From the NCBI GenBank assembly GCA_000004695.1, contig CM000151.3, positions 288,001 through 352,000 of the forward strand: 64,000 nucleotides of DNA, read 5' to 3'. The notes below the pieces were generated by a model. That model did no database searches. It saw only the letters and a program-made list of their open reading frames with translations, and was not told where the DNA came from. The DNA comes from Dictyostelium discoideum (lineage: Eukaryota). This document shows, piece by piece, positions 31,765-43,080 of the stretch; within the stretch, counting starts at the first letter, position 1, and every line of letters starts with the position of its first letter. The position numbers were made by a program, and so were the translations under genes.

Positions 31765-32151
31765 ATGATTTTAGTTAAAAGTTGGAATATTGCTTGTTTC
31801 TATGAAGAGGATGAAAGTGAAGATGCTGATTCTGCAAATGCAAATGCAATTGAAATTGAAAATGATGATGATGATGATAGTGGTAGTGAAATGGGTGATG
31901 ATGACCATGATGATGATCATCATCATGGCGAAGAACAAGACAAAGAAGAAGAGGAATCTTCACCCGATGAAGATATTAAACTTAAAAAACCTCAACAAAA
32001 TCCAATTAAAGCTCAACAAATTGAAAAACAAAAACAAAAACAAAATCAAAAAGAAGTTTCTTTAAAAATAAAAAAAAATAAAAAAAATGAAAAAAAAAAA
32101 AAAAAAAAAAAGAAAGGAGTGGAGTTAATCAATTACATGTTCATATGTTAA
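31765..32151 (+). CDS. Hypothetical acidic/His-rich then Lys-rich low-complexity ORF (128 aa)
   Basis: An ORF without family similarity: EEDESEDADSANANAIEIENDDDDDSGSEMGDDDHDDDHHHGEEQDKEEEESSPDED..KKNKKNEKKKKKKKK. The composition is protein-like, but low complexity makes coding status uncertain. Confidence 0.25.
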   Translation: MILVKSWNIACFYEEDESEDADSANANAIEIENDDDDDSGSEMGDDDHDDDHHHGEEQDKEEEESSPDEDIKLKKPQQNPIKAQQIEKQKQKQNQKEVSLKIKKNKKNEKKKKKKKKGVELINYMFIC

Positions 32152-33639
32152 TCACAACATTTGTTTTTTTTTTTTTATTTTATTTTATTAAATTTAAAAT
32201 AAAAATAAAATAATCAAAAAAGAACTTTACATTTTAACATCAAAAAAGTTAAAATAGAATATAAGTAAGGGGTTAAATAAAAAAGGAAAAAAAAAAAAAA
32301 GATCACTTTTATCCCATTTTTGGTATTTTAAAAAATTATTTCAGATATGGTAATTTTTATTACTTTTAATTTTTTTTTTATTATTTTTTATTTTTTTTTT
32401 GGGAAATCGGATTTAATTAAAATGGAAATTTTCCTTTTTTAATTAATAGAAATTGAAATAATATTTAGTATAAATAGTAAAAAAAAAAAAAATTAAAAAA
32501 TCATTTTTAACAAAGAAATAACAAATAAAAAATAAATATAACTTTAAGCAAATACATATAGTTTTTCCAATGTAATCTTTTTTAAATTAAAAAAAAAAAA
32601 AAAAAATTTAATAAATCTAACATATCAATCTAATCAATATTAAAAGTTTAATACTATTAAAAAGTTTAGATATAGGTTTTTTATGGTTGCTTAATTGTAA
32701 CAAAAAAAAAAAATAAAAATAAAAAAAAAAAAAAAAAAAAAGAATTTTTTTATAAATTTAAATGGTAAATAATAATAACTATAATAATAATTATAATAAT
32801 AATAATAAAAATAATATTATTAATTAAAAAAAAAAGTAGTAATAAACTAATGGTAATTTTTTAATGGTTGCGAAAACCCTTTTTAAAATATTAAACTAAG
32901 AAACATTTAAATAACTATTAAAGTAAAAAAAGTTTAGATTGAAGTTTTATTACTGGATTTCTAAAAGAAAAATTAAAAAAAAGGGAGTTTCTTTAATAAA
33001 AATGTAGATGATTATGTAAGCGATACCTCTCCGATGATAATATATCGTTGAGATACCACCCTCAAATGATAAGACCGTTGAGATCTCTCAAATGATAAGA
33101 TATCGTTGTTTGGTTCACCATATGATATTACAGATTAAAGTAAATCAAAGGGCGGGGCCATTGTTTGGGTTGGTAATATAAAATGAATCAATTCTGATCA
33201 AATTTTAGAGAACTAAAATTTTGAAAGTATTTGACCATATATTTAAAAATATTACCACAATGCAAGCAATTTTAGAAATCCAGATAAAACTTCAAAAAAA
33301 ATCTTACTGGAAACCAATTACACCCGTTTTGCTAGGCTAAAAATGAATGGTTTGGAAAACTCATCAGGGGAAAAAAGAAATTAATAAATTTAATTATAAA
33401 ATAATAAAATTACGCAATTTATAATTTTTTTATTGATTTTATCAGATATTTCTTATTTTTTAATAGTTTTTGTCATATTTTTTTTACATAAACATACACC
33501 AACTCATATACACATAAAAAGATGAATATAGAATAACAATAATACAATAAATAAAATAAAATAAAATAAAATAATATAATATAATATAATATAATATGTG
33601 TAATAGTAATAATAATAATAATAATTTTTTAAGCCCAAT

Positions 33640-34716
33640 CCATTGGTATTACAGAAAACTTTATTTGAGAAATCTATAATATTTTCACTCTTTAAAATGT
33701 TACCTGTATCATCTAAACCATACTCTTTCAAAAAGTTATCAATTGGAATTTGTTTTGAAAATTTCTCAACATTCCAATCACATTGCCCTTTAATTGTAAA
33801 TCCAAATCCTTTTACAACATCATCTAAATCTAAACCTTCTTCACCCTTAATTTTACCTCTAGTTTTCTTCCAATAAACATATTCTGTAAATCCAACAGGT
33901 CCTGCAAAAACATTACCAAAATAAATAAAATCTCTCTAAAAAATAAATTAAAATTAGTAAAAAAAAACCAAAAAAAACAAAATAAATTATTATTTTTTAC
34001 TTACTGGTTTACCAAGTACAGGTATAATTGGTGTTAATAAATCAGCCAATTTATCAATATTTGCCATTTTAACAGCAGATCTATTAATAAAGATTGAACC
34101 TTTAATTGATTCATAAGGATTTGATTTGTTTCTTGCAACATAGAATCTCTTTGAATCTAAAGTATCCAATGCATTTTTATGTTGATCTAATTCCCCTAAT
34201 AACTCTTCTGAACAATGACCTCTTATTGGTTTATCTGTTATTGAACCTTACCAACAAATTTAACAAGGGTATGATCAACTGAAAATCCTTCCCATGGATT
34301 ATAACATTCACTATTACAATTTATCCATTCAAATATTTGTTTTGATGGAAAACCAAGATCCTCATCCTCTAATATATGTTCAGTTTGTCTATAAAATTCT
34401 GGTAAATCTTTCTCTGCAAATGCAAGTCCTTTTGTACTTTGAAATCTATCAACTTTAATTAAATCATTTCTACCATCTTGTTCTTTACCTAATCCTTGAC
34501 CTTCAATATGCCCATGTTTTGCCTTTTTTTAAAAAAAAAATAAATAAATAAATATTAAATTATTTTAATTTTTTTTTGATAAGTGATACATACCAAAAAA
34601 TTTGCACCAAAACTTAATTTAGGTGTATCTTCTTCTTCTTTATCATCATCTTCTTCATATACGAAACTATCTTCGAAATCTTGATCATCGTTTTCACTTC
34701 TATTTGATGATAACAT
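33640..34716 (-). pseudogene. CMTR1-like (cap-specific mRNA 2'-O-methyltransferase; G-patch + FtsJ/RrmJ) gene fragment: three exons, one internal frameshift, 3'-truncated
   Basis: Exon 1 34594..34716 MLSSNRSENDD...KLSFGANFL. Intron 34523..34593. Exon 2 from 34522: AKHGHIEGQGLGKEQDG (G-patch) ... a frame break near 34240-34250 ... ELLGELDQHKNALDTLDSKRFYVARNKSNPYESIKGSIFINRSAVKMANIDKL (FtsJ K motif). Intron 33936..34004. Exon 3 from 33935: RDFIYFGNVFAGPVGFTEYVYWKK (AGPGGF-type SAM motif) ...GFGFTIKGQCDW.... The coding stops being recognisable at about 33640, before the FtsJ D-K-E residues. Confidence 0.55.
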
Positions 34717-34790
34717 TCAAATTGGACACCCAACAATGGGTGATAGATTTTAAAAAAGAATAAAATTAATTTGGTTGAATTAATTGTTAA

Positions 34791-34823
<33 letters not shown>

Positions 34824-34904
34824 TAAAAAATGTGAATTTGAATGTTTGAATTAATAAATTAAAATGAAAAAAAAAAAAAAAAAAAAAAATATTGATAAAA
34901 ACAT

Positions 34905-35322
34905 TCAAATTGGACACCCAAAAAAATTTTCATTTTATTTTTCATTTTTTTTTTTTTTTTTTTTACAAACAATAATTTAAATTTATTAATTCTTAATATG
35001 AATTAAGTATAGATAAATAGAGCACTCAAAAATACACAAAATGATATAAAAATTAAAAAAAATGAATGTAATCATTCTGTTTTTTGAATTTTTTATTTTA
35101 CTTTTTAAATCAAAATAAATTTTAAAGGCATTTTTAAATATCTTAAAAATATCTTAAAAATCACCTTTAAAATTATTTACCATTCATTCGTTTTTATCAA
35201 TAAAAAATAAAATTAGAAAAAAAAAAGAAAATTGTGATTTTTTTTTTTTTTTTATTTTTTTATTTTTTTTTTTTATTTTATTTTTTTTTTTTTTTTGGTT
35301 GTCCAATTTGAATGCTGTTATC
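34905..35322. mobile_element. Small MITE (about 420 bp) with 22-bp TIRs CATTCAAATTGGACACCCAAAAA; the interior carries an R-like AAATCACC repeat fragment
   Basis: ACATTCAAATTGGACACCCAAAAAA at 34905 and its reverse complement TTTTTGGTTGTCCAATTTGAATG at 35297-35322. A solo TIR copy at 34706-34730 overlaps the CMTR1-like ATG. A related copy lies at 43276-43520. Confidence 0.5.
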
Positions 35323-35359
35323 AACCAAAAAAAAAATATAACAACTTAAACAAAAAATA

Positions 35360-37456
35360 ATGTCAAAAAATAAAAAAACTAAAACAGATAATAAAATATT
35401 TCAAGATGTTATTGATTTTGAAATTTTAAGACCTATAATCAATTATTTATTAATCAGCAAAAATAAAAATAATAATAATAATAATAATAATAATACTAAT
35501 AGTAATCAATATAAAATTAATAAATTTTATTTAAATAGAAATGAAATATTAAATTATATATTAGTTTCAAAAAAGTGGTATAATTTTATATCATTAACAA
35601 TATCAAATAATATAATTAATAATAAATCATTTGAAAATTGGTTAGAAATTAATAATAATAATAATAATAATAATAAATCATTTATTGAAAATTATAATAA
35701 TCAAAATCAATATGATAAAAATAATTTAATTTTTAATATTAAAAATGAAAAACCAAATTATTATAATCAAAAACGAAATAATACAGTTTTTAATAACAAA
35801 GAAGATAAACAAAATAAAATTAGTTTTAATAAAGAGTTTTCAATTATAAAAATCAAAGAATCAATAATCGATGATTATTTTAAATTCAATTTATTTTTAG
35901 ATGATATTACAATTGATGATTTTAAAGAAATTAAAAATAAATTTGAAAATAACCAATTACTATATAATAGAATTGTAGTTAATCTTAAAACTAGTGGTAA
36001 TAATACTTTATTTGAAATAAATGAATATGTATCAAATGAAAATTCAGAAATCGTATCAAATTTATTTAAAATATTAGAATTAAATTTTGATTTTTGGTTG
36101 GAGGATGGTTATAGTGCAAAATATGAAGAGTTGGAGGAGGAGGATGATCATGGTGGTAAGAAATGTACTGAATTATTTTTAATAAATAATTTATCAATTT
36201 CTGGTTTTAATATTAGTATAGGTAATGATGAAACATTAAAGATATTCAAAAATTTCAAAAGTAAACATATAATATATGATGGGTCAGATGATGTTGATAA
36301 TTATCAAGCGCATGCCAATTATTCAGTATTATTCGATCCAGATAATTCAGGTCAACAAGTTGAATCAATTAAAGTACAAAGTAAACATGGTAATAAAGAG
36401 TCTGTTGAACCACTCCATTTGATCAACGTTAATCAATTTGAAAATTTACATTCAATTACAATACCAATAAATTCAATTCTATTATTATCAGAGATATCTA
36501 AAGAAATGGGCTTTTATGGATTCTATGATGGAAATGCATATTCAAGTTTTACTGGAGATGTCAAATCAGAATTAATCGAAATGGTCTTTTCAATCGCTAC
36601 AAGTGAATCTTTAAAGAATTTAAATATAACATCAATCAATTTTGAACAATATCCAATTAATTTCCAAGATTACGCTCACTATTATTTATCTCTTCCTGGT
36701 GGTGGTGGTCTTGAATTTTTTGCAAACAAAATAAATGAAATTATAGAACAATTTTCAAATTCATTTCAACCATTATTTTCAGAATTAAATACATCAATTG
36801 AAAGAATTGAATTTGATTGTTGTGGTTTATTAAATATCAATACATTTTCAAATTTATTAAATAATAAATCAATTAAATATTTATATTTATATAATAGTGA
36901 TTTCATTGTTTATTCATTAAAACAAAATGATAGTGGTAGTGGTAGTATGAAGCAAATGCATAAAGAACCTATTTCAATTAATCAATATTTATTTGAAAAT
37001 ATATTTTCATCACCATTAACATCAATTAGACATTATAAAATTAATTTCAAAGAATCAAAACAAATCAAACCAGTATTTAATTTAATATTAAATAATATTT
37101 TTAAATTACAATTATATTCATTAATATTTGTATTAAATAAAAGTAAATTAATTGGTGAATTTGTTAAAGAATTTAAAAATTTAATAAATAATATTTCAAT
37201 ACAACTACAACATCAACAAGAACAACAACAACAACAAGAACAACAAAAACAAAAATTAAATAATATAAATTTAAAAGAATTTAAAATTAAAATTGAAATT
37301 GAAAATAAAATTAAAATTAAAATCAAAGATAAAAATGAAATTAAAATTAATGAAAGGTATATTCAAGAATTAAATAATATTGATAATCCATATTTCACAA
37401 CAGTAATAAAGAAGATAGTTAGAAATGAAACCCCAAAAAAAAATTATCGAAAATAA
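35360..37456 (+). CDS. Paralog-array family member 7 (698 aa, intact; the longest, with extra N-rich insert and KIKIEIENKIKIKIK tail repeat)
   Basis: Intact ORF with the family motifs (LFDPDNSGQQVESIKV, NPYFTTVIKK). Confidence 0.75.
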   Translation: MSKNKKTKTDNKIFQDVIDFEILRPIINYLLISKNKNNNNNNNNNTNSNQYKINKFYLNRNEILNYILVSKKWYNFISLTISNNIINNKSFENWLEINNNNNNNNKSFIENYNNQNQYDKNNLIFNIKNEKPNYYNQKRNNTVFNNKEDKQNKISFNKEFSIIKIKESIIDDYFKFNLFLDDITIDDFKEIKNKFENNQLLYNRIVVNLKTSGNNTLFEINEYVSNENSEIVSNLFKILELNFDFWLEDGYSAKYEELEEEDDHGGKKCTELFLINNLSISGFNISIGNDETLKIFKNFKSKHIIYDGSDDVDNYQAHANYSVLFDPDNSGQQVESIKVQSKHGNKESVEPLHLINVNQFENLHSITIPINSILLLSEISKEMGFYGFYDGNAYSSFTGDVKSELIEMVFSIATSESLKNLNITSINFEQYPINFQDYAHYYLSLPGGGGLEFFANKINEIIEQFSNSFQPLFSELNTSIERIEFDCCGLLNINTFSNLLNNKSIKYLYLYNSDFIVYSLKQNDSGSGSMKQMHKEPISINQYLFENIFSSPLTSIRHYKINFKESKQIKPVFNLILNNIFKLQLYSLIFVLNKSKLIGEFVKEFKNLINNISIQLQHQQEQQQQQEQQKQKLNNINLKEFKIKIEIENKIKIKIKDKNEIKINERYIQELNNIDNPYFTTVIKKIVRNETPKKNYRK

Positions 37457-38163
37457 ATCAGGTTCTTCTCATTAATTGTATGGGATTTTATTATTATAAT
37501 AATAATTTTTTTTTTATTTCTATAATTCATTTTTAAGTATCAAGGTTGGTTATATTATTTTATTTATATATTTATTTTAATTTCAAAGGATGGAAAGAAA
37601 TGTGGAGGTGAATCTATTTCTACTTATTTGATAAATAGTGTGTAGTCCTGTATTTGACGTTTTACCACCACCATCACAACTACTTGATTTATTTCCAGTA
37701 GTTGATTGATGGTACAGCATGAATAGTTGGCAGACTTCCATGGAAGTTGATGAATGAATTTTAAATTTAAATGGTTTAAAAATTTAAATGTTGTTTATTG
37801 GTGTGCACACAGGGTCATAGGTTCCCCGTCATTTTTTGAAAATGGGCATATCCCCTTAAAATAAAAAACTATATGCTAAAATTTATCTCTTTTTATGTCC
37901 AATCATTTCATTACAGTTAGTGGTGGTGGTGGTGGTGGAACTATTACCAATACTATCTACTATTTCCTTTACTTTATTGTTGTTGTGTGATATATTGTTG
38001 ATTATTTATTTTTTTGCTGCATATTTTGTTTATTTATTTATTTTTTTTTTTTATTTTTTTATTTTATTTTTTAATCTCGAACGAAAAATTTTCAAAAAAA
38101 AAAAATTAACCTCTTTTGACATTATTATTTGTTTAAATTAACTCACTCTTTATAATTTAAACA

Positions 38164-38201
38164 AATAATAATGTCAACAAATAAAAAAATTAACCAGCAA
38201 A

Positions 38202-38234
<33 letters not shown>

Positions 38235-38440
38235 TATAATAATAATAGTAATAATAATAATAATTATACTTCTAATAATATAAAATTAGTAAATAATATT
38301 AATCAATATAAAATTAGTAAATTTTATTTGAATAGAAATGAAATATTTAATTATATATTAGTTTCAAAAAAGTGATAATTTTATATCATTAACAATATCA
38401 AATAACATTATTAATAATAAATCAACAAACCCGCTTGCAT
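38164..38440 (+). pseudogene. Family N-terminal fragment with internal deletions and stops
   Basis: Leader ACTCTTTATAATTTAAACAAATAATAATGTCAACAAATAAAAAAATTAACCAGC... skips part of the N-terminus. The ILVSKKW motif is disrupted (..AAAAAGTGATAATTT). Confidence 0.5.
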
Positions 38441-38564
38441 AAAATTTAATAAAAATAAAATATAAAAAAAAAATAAAATAAAAATTTCTAAAAGTTTGGC
38501 AAACAAAAAAAAAATAAGTTTTTTATTCAAAACATACTCTTTATAATTTTTAAAACAAATAATA

Positions 38565-38675
38565 ATGTCAACAAATAAAAAAATTAAAACAGATAATAAT
38601 AATAATAATAAAATATTTCAAGAAATTATTGATTTTGGAATTTTAAAATCTTTAATCGATTATTTATTAATCAAC

Positions 38676-38746
<71 letters not shown>

Positions 38747-40345
38747 TAATAATCACAATACTAGTAATCAATATAAAATTAATAAATTTTATTTAAATAG
38801 AAATGAAATATTAAATTATATATTAGTTCAAAAAAGTGGTATAATTTTATATCATTAACAATATCAAATAATATTATTGATAATAAATTATTTGAACATT
38901 GGTTAAACATTAATAATATTAGTAATAAATCATTTATTGAAAATTATAATAATCGAAATCAATATGATAAAAATAATTTAATTTCTAAAAACAAAGAAGA
39001 TAATCATAATAAAATTAGTTTTAATAAAGAGTTTTCAATTATAAAAATCAAAGAATCAATAATCAATGATTATTTTAAATTCAATTTATTTTTATATAAG
39101 ATTACAATTGATAATTTTAAAGATATTAAAAATAAATTTGAAAATAATCAATTACTTTATAATAGAATTGTTGTTAATGTTGATACTGGTTATGATGAAG
39201 AGAATCTAGATGAAATTTTATTTAGGATACATGTGTATCAAATGAAAATTCAGAAATCATATCAAATTGATTTAAAATATTAGAAAAAAATTATGATTTT
39301 ATGGTAATCGATGGTTATAATACAAACTCTGAAGAGGAGGAGGAGGATAAAAGTAATAAGAAATGTACTGAAATATATTTTAATAATTTATCAATTGTAG
39401 GTTTTGATACAAATATAGGTGAGGATAGAGAAGCAGTAAAGATATTCAAAATATTCAAAAGTATAAATATATTTTATGATGGGACCTTTCTTAATGCTAT
39501 TCCAACACATGTCAATTATTCAGCATTATTTGATCCAGATAATTCAGGTCAACAAGTTAAATCAATTATAGTACAAATTGGACGTGAAGAATATTCTGAT
39601 TTTGTTGAACCACGTCATTTAATCAAAGTTAATCAATTTGAAAATTTACATTCAATTACATTTTCAATCAATTCATTTCAAATATTATCCAATCTATCGA
39701 AAGAAATGGGATATTTTAGTTTCAAATGTATAAAATCTGATTTTGGTAATTCAGATAATATCAAATCAGAATTAAATCAAATGGTAAATTCAATCATTAC
39801 AAGTAAATATTTAAAGAATTTAAAAATAACATCCATTAATACAGAAAAACATCCAATTGATTATGATACTTATTATGATTATGGTGAACCTCAAGCTTTT
39901 GTTAATAAAATAAATGAAACTGCAGAATCATTTTCAAATTCATTTAAACCATTATTTTCAGAATTAAATACATCAATCGAAAGAATTGAATTTGATTGTA
40001 TGGATCAATACATTTCAAAATTATTAAATAATAAATCAATTAAATATTTATATGATAGTGATTTCATTGTTTACTCATTAAAACCAAGTGGTGGTGCTGG
40101 TGGTGCTGATGGTAGTCAAGTACATAAAGAACCTATTTCAATTAATCTATATCTATTTGATAACATATTTCCATCACCATTTACATCAATTAGACATTAA
40201 AGAATTAAATTCAAAGAATCAAAACAATTAAAATTCATATTTAATTTAATATTAAATAATATTTTTAAATTACCATTATATTCATTAATATTTGAAGAAT
40301 TAATTAATATTAATAGTCTATATTTCAAAATAGTAATAAAGAATA
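38565..40345 (+). pseudogene. Family member with multiple frameshifts (ORF pieces 38565..38858 and 39301..40200 plus a shifted C-terminus); contains a very long (AAT)n polyN tract
   Basis: The N-terminal ORF breaks at ILVQKSGIILYH (versus ILVSKKWYNFIS), resumes in another frame, and after the stop at 40200 continues as RIKFKESKQLKFIFNLILNNIFKL. Confidence 0.6.
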
Positions 40346-40675
40346 ACTATAAATATGAACGTGACATTTTTCAAAAACTCTTCATCAGTCCAAAAGCCCC
40401 AAAAAAAAATAAAAATAAAAATTGAATAAACACACTGCAAAAATTAATAATATTTTAATTTTTTATTATTTTTTTTTCAAATAGTTTTTAGCTTTTTCTT
40501 TATTTATCATTTTTTTAATTTCTTTTAAATTTATTTTTTATGTAATTTTAAAAACATTCAAACCAAATATCAATATTACACTTTTCAAATAAGCTTAAAA
40601 AATAATAAAATAATAAATAAAAAGTGTGGAATTTTAAAGATTTTTTGACTTAACCGATTTATTAATAAATTTTTT

Positions 40676-42047
40676 TTAAAGTTCAATTTTTGGTTCCCAA
40701 CCTAACATGGTAACATCACAATTTTTCACCTTTGGATGAGTGAGTTGTTGTTTATATTTTGGAGTTCTGTAAACAAAAGTTTCAAATGGGAAATTTGTTA
40801 AAGGAGTATCAAAAAGGTATAAATTAACTGATTGTGGTATTTCACTTTTTTCTTGATTAAATCCATCTAATAAAAACCAATTGGAAACACAATTTGGTAT
40901 TGAACCTTTTAATAATGGTTTTTTAATTGCACCAACGAGCAGATATGTAATTGATTCTGGTAGCATACCTTTTGTTAGTTGAATATTGAATCCATCAAGT
41001 AATAGTAAAAATTGAACCGATGTTGGAATTGAACCTATTTCAATTGTTTTAACACTTGGTGCAATCGCTACACGAATAGTACCTTTTGGAATGACAGAAT
41101 CATTTTTATAAAAAAAATATTCATATCCTAAAACTGTATATAATAATTTAATATTAATAAAATAATTTAAATAAACAAAACCACAATTATTATTATTGTA
41201 GTTTTATTTTTTCAAAATATTTACCAGTAACTCTTTTTGGATCCTTTACATTTGTAATAGAGGGGGAATCTCTAATTTCAAATATTTCTTTAATTGAATT
41301 TTTAACTTGTTCACTATTTACAATATTTACATTTTTATATTGATTCATTAATTCTTTGATTTTATTAACATTTTGATTATCTTTTATTAATAGTTGTGAT
41401 TGGTGACAATGTTTTAACATTTCAATATGTTGATAACTATTATTATTATTGTTTTTATTATTATTAATGATTTCATCAATATTTATTTGATTTATTGTAT
41501 TTTTATATTTATTTGTAATTAAATTAATAATATTTAAATTATCATGTATAGTGGTTGAAATATTTGTATTGGTATCTTTATTTTCATCATAGATTGTTAC
41601 TAATTGTTTGATTTTATCAATTTCAATGATTTGTAATAATTTGGAGAGTTCTTTAAATTCTTCTGTGATTGTATTTACATTTTCAGTGTGTTTATCTTCT
41701 AATGATTTAAATAAATTATTTGATTCTTTCAATAGCTCATTATTGATACCGATTTGGTTATTTAAATTTTGAAGGTGATTATTTTTGAATTCTTCAAAGA
41801 TTGCTTTTGAATTCTCTACATCTATATGATCAAATTTATGACCAATATGACCTGAAACAATACAATCATTACATACTACTGTCTGTTATAATTGTAATAA
41901 TATGAATGAAAATAATTAGTAAGAATTACTTTTTTTTTATTTATTAAAATGTAGAATAATAACTACCTTACAGGTTGAACAAATCAATTTAATATCATAC
42001 TCTTTATGTATTGAACATTTGTTATCATATTTATTTATATTATCCAT
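40676..42047 (-). CDS. B-box zinc-finger + FNIP-repeat protein, 3 exons (42047..41967, 41882..41225, 41127..40676), about 396 aa
   Basis: Exon 1 MDNINKYDNKCSIHKEYDIKLICSTCK plus exon 2 TVVCNDCIVSGHIGHKF gives a C-x2-H-x7-C-x2-C-x4-C-x2-C-x4-H-x2-H B-box. A coiled-coil-like N/K-rich middle. Exon 3 has FNIP-type repeats (IPTSVQFLLLLDGFNIQLTKGMLPESITYLLVGAIKKPLLKGSIPNCVSNWFLLDGFNQEK..IPQSVNLYLFD). Introns 41883..41966 and 41128..41224 have GT..AG ends and keep the frame. Confidence 0.6.
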
Positions 42048-42459
42048 TGTAAAAATTTTGAAATGATTTAAAAAAAATAAATTTTGGTGTTAAGATTCAA
42101 AAAAAAAAAAATAAAAAAAAAATAAAAAAAAATAAAATAAAATAAAAAAAATAAAAATTAAAAAAAGAAAATCTTATTATTATTATAGCAATGAATTAAA
42201 AATTTTTTATTTATTTATTTATTTGTTTATTTGTTGTTTATGTAATCCGAAGTGATTTGAGGTTGTGATGGTGATTGTGTTGTTGGATATGTTTGTTGTT
42301 GTTGTTCTTGTGGTGATTTTTGAGTTTGTTCTACTGGTTATTGTGTTTGTATTTGGTGAATATTGTTGATGTATTATTAAAAGATTGAAAATCTTGATTT
42401 TTCCAATCACTGATGCTGAATTAACACTACCAAATCTAATACAATGTCGTTGTATTTGA

Positions 42460-42923
42460 TTTTTGAAAATTTGCTAAAATATTTCACCACTAGTTGTGGC
42501 ACTATCGGTATCAACACCCCTCTGCTATGTCGTCAGGGAAAAGGAATTGAACTTTTAATGGTACCTTTTTACCAAGTGCTTCGATCTCTGTATCTACACA
42601 GGTGTTAATGAATGTGGACCCAATTGAGTGAGTGCATCCAACCTATAGAGACAATACTAGCGAAACCATCATCATCATCTCTACTTTATTTAAAAGAGTG
42701 TAAATAGTTTGAAACATACTTTGAAAGTCTTGATATCGGGTGCAAATGAACCACAACACCACAACAAAGTGATAACAATTCCCAACCTCTAAAGCTTTAT
42801 TCTCTCTCTCTTTTACCTGGATGACCTGTCAATTGTTTAATGATTTGACAATAGATTTCATCACGTAACTCTGGATGATTTAAACATTGACGAACATAAA
42901 TGTACAAATTTGATTATGTGGTT

Positions 42924-42966
<43 letters not shown>

Positions 42967-43080
42967 CCCATATATTATAAATTTGCAACAATTGATGCAT
43001 TTAAATTATTATTATTATTTATATTATCATTATTTGATGAAAATACTTTATTAACGACAACTGGTGATGTTGAAGGAAAA
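42460..43080 (-). pseudogene. MyTH4-domain (unconventional myosin tail) gene fragment embedded in a 0.6-kb duplicated repeat
   Basis: The minus strand encodes ...[27 protein letters not shown] followed, after a 1-frame shift, by [34 protein letters not shown], the characteristic MyTH4 core. A second, further-deleted copy of the same repeat lies at 49320..49860. Upstream parts 42220-42460 and 48650-48830 also match. Confidence 0.5.

Noticed and set aside
38680-38750. (AAT)n of about 70 bp inside pseudogene 38565..40345 considered as a separate microsatellite feature
   Set aside because: It is the expanded polyN linker of the family gene (a coding-region microsatellite), already covered by the pseudogene call.
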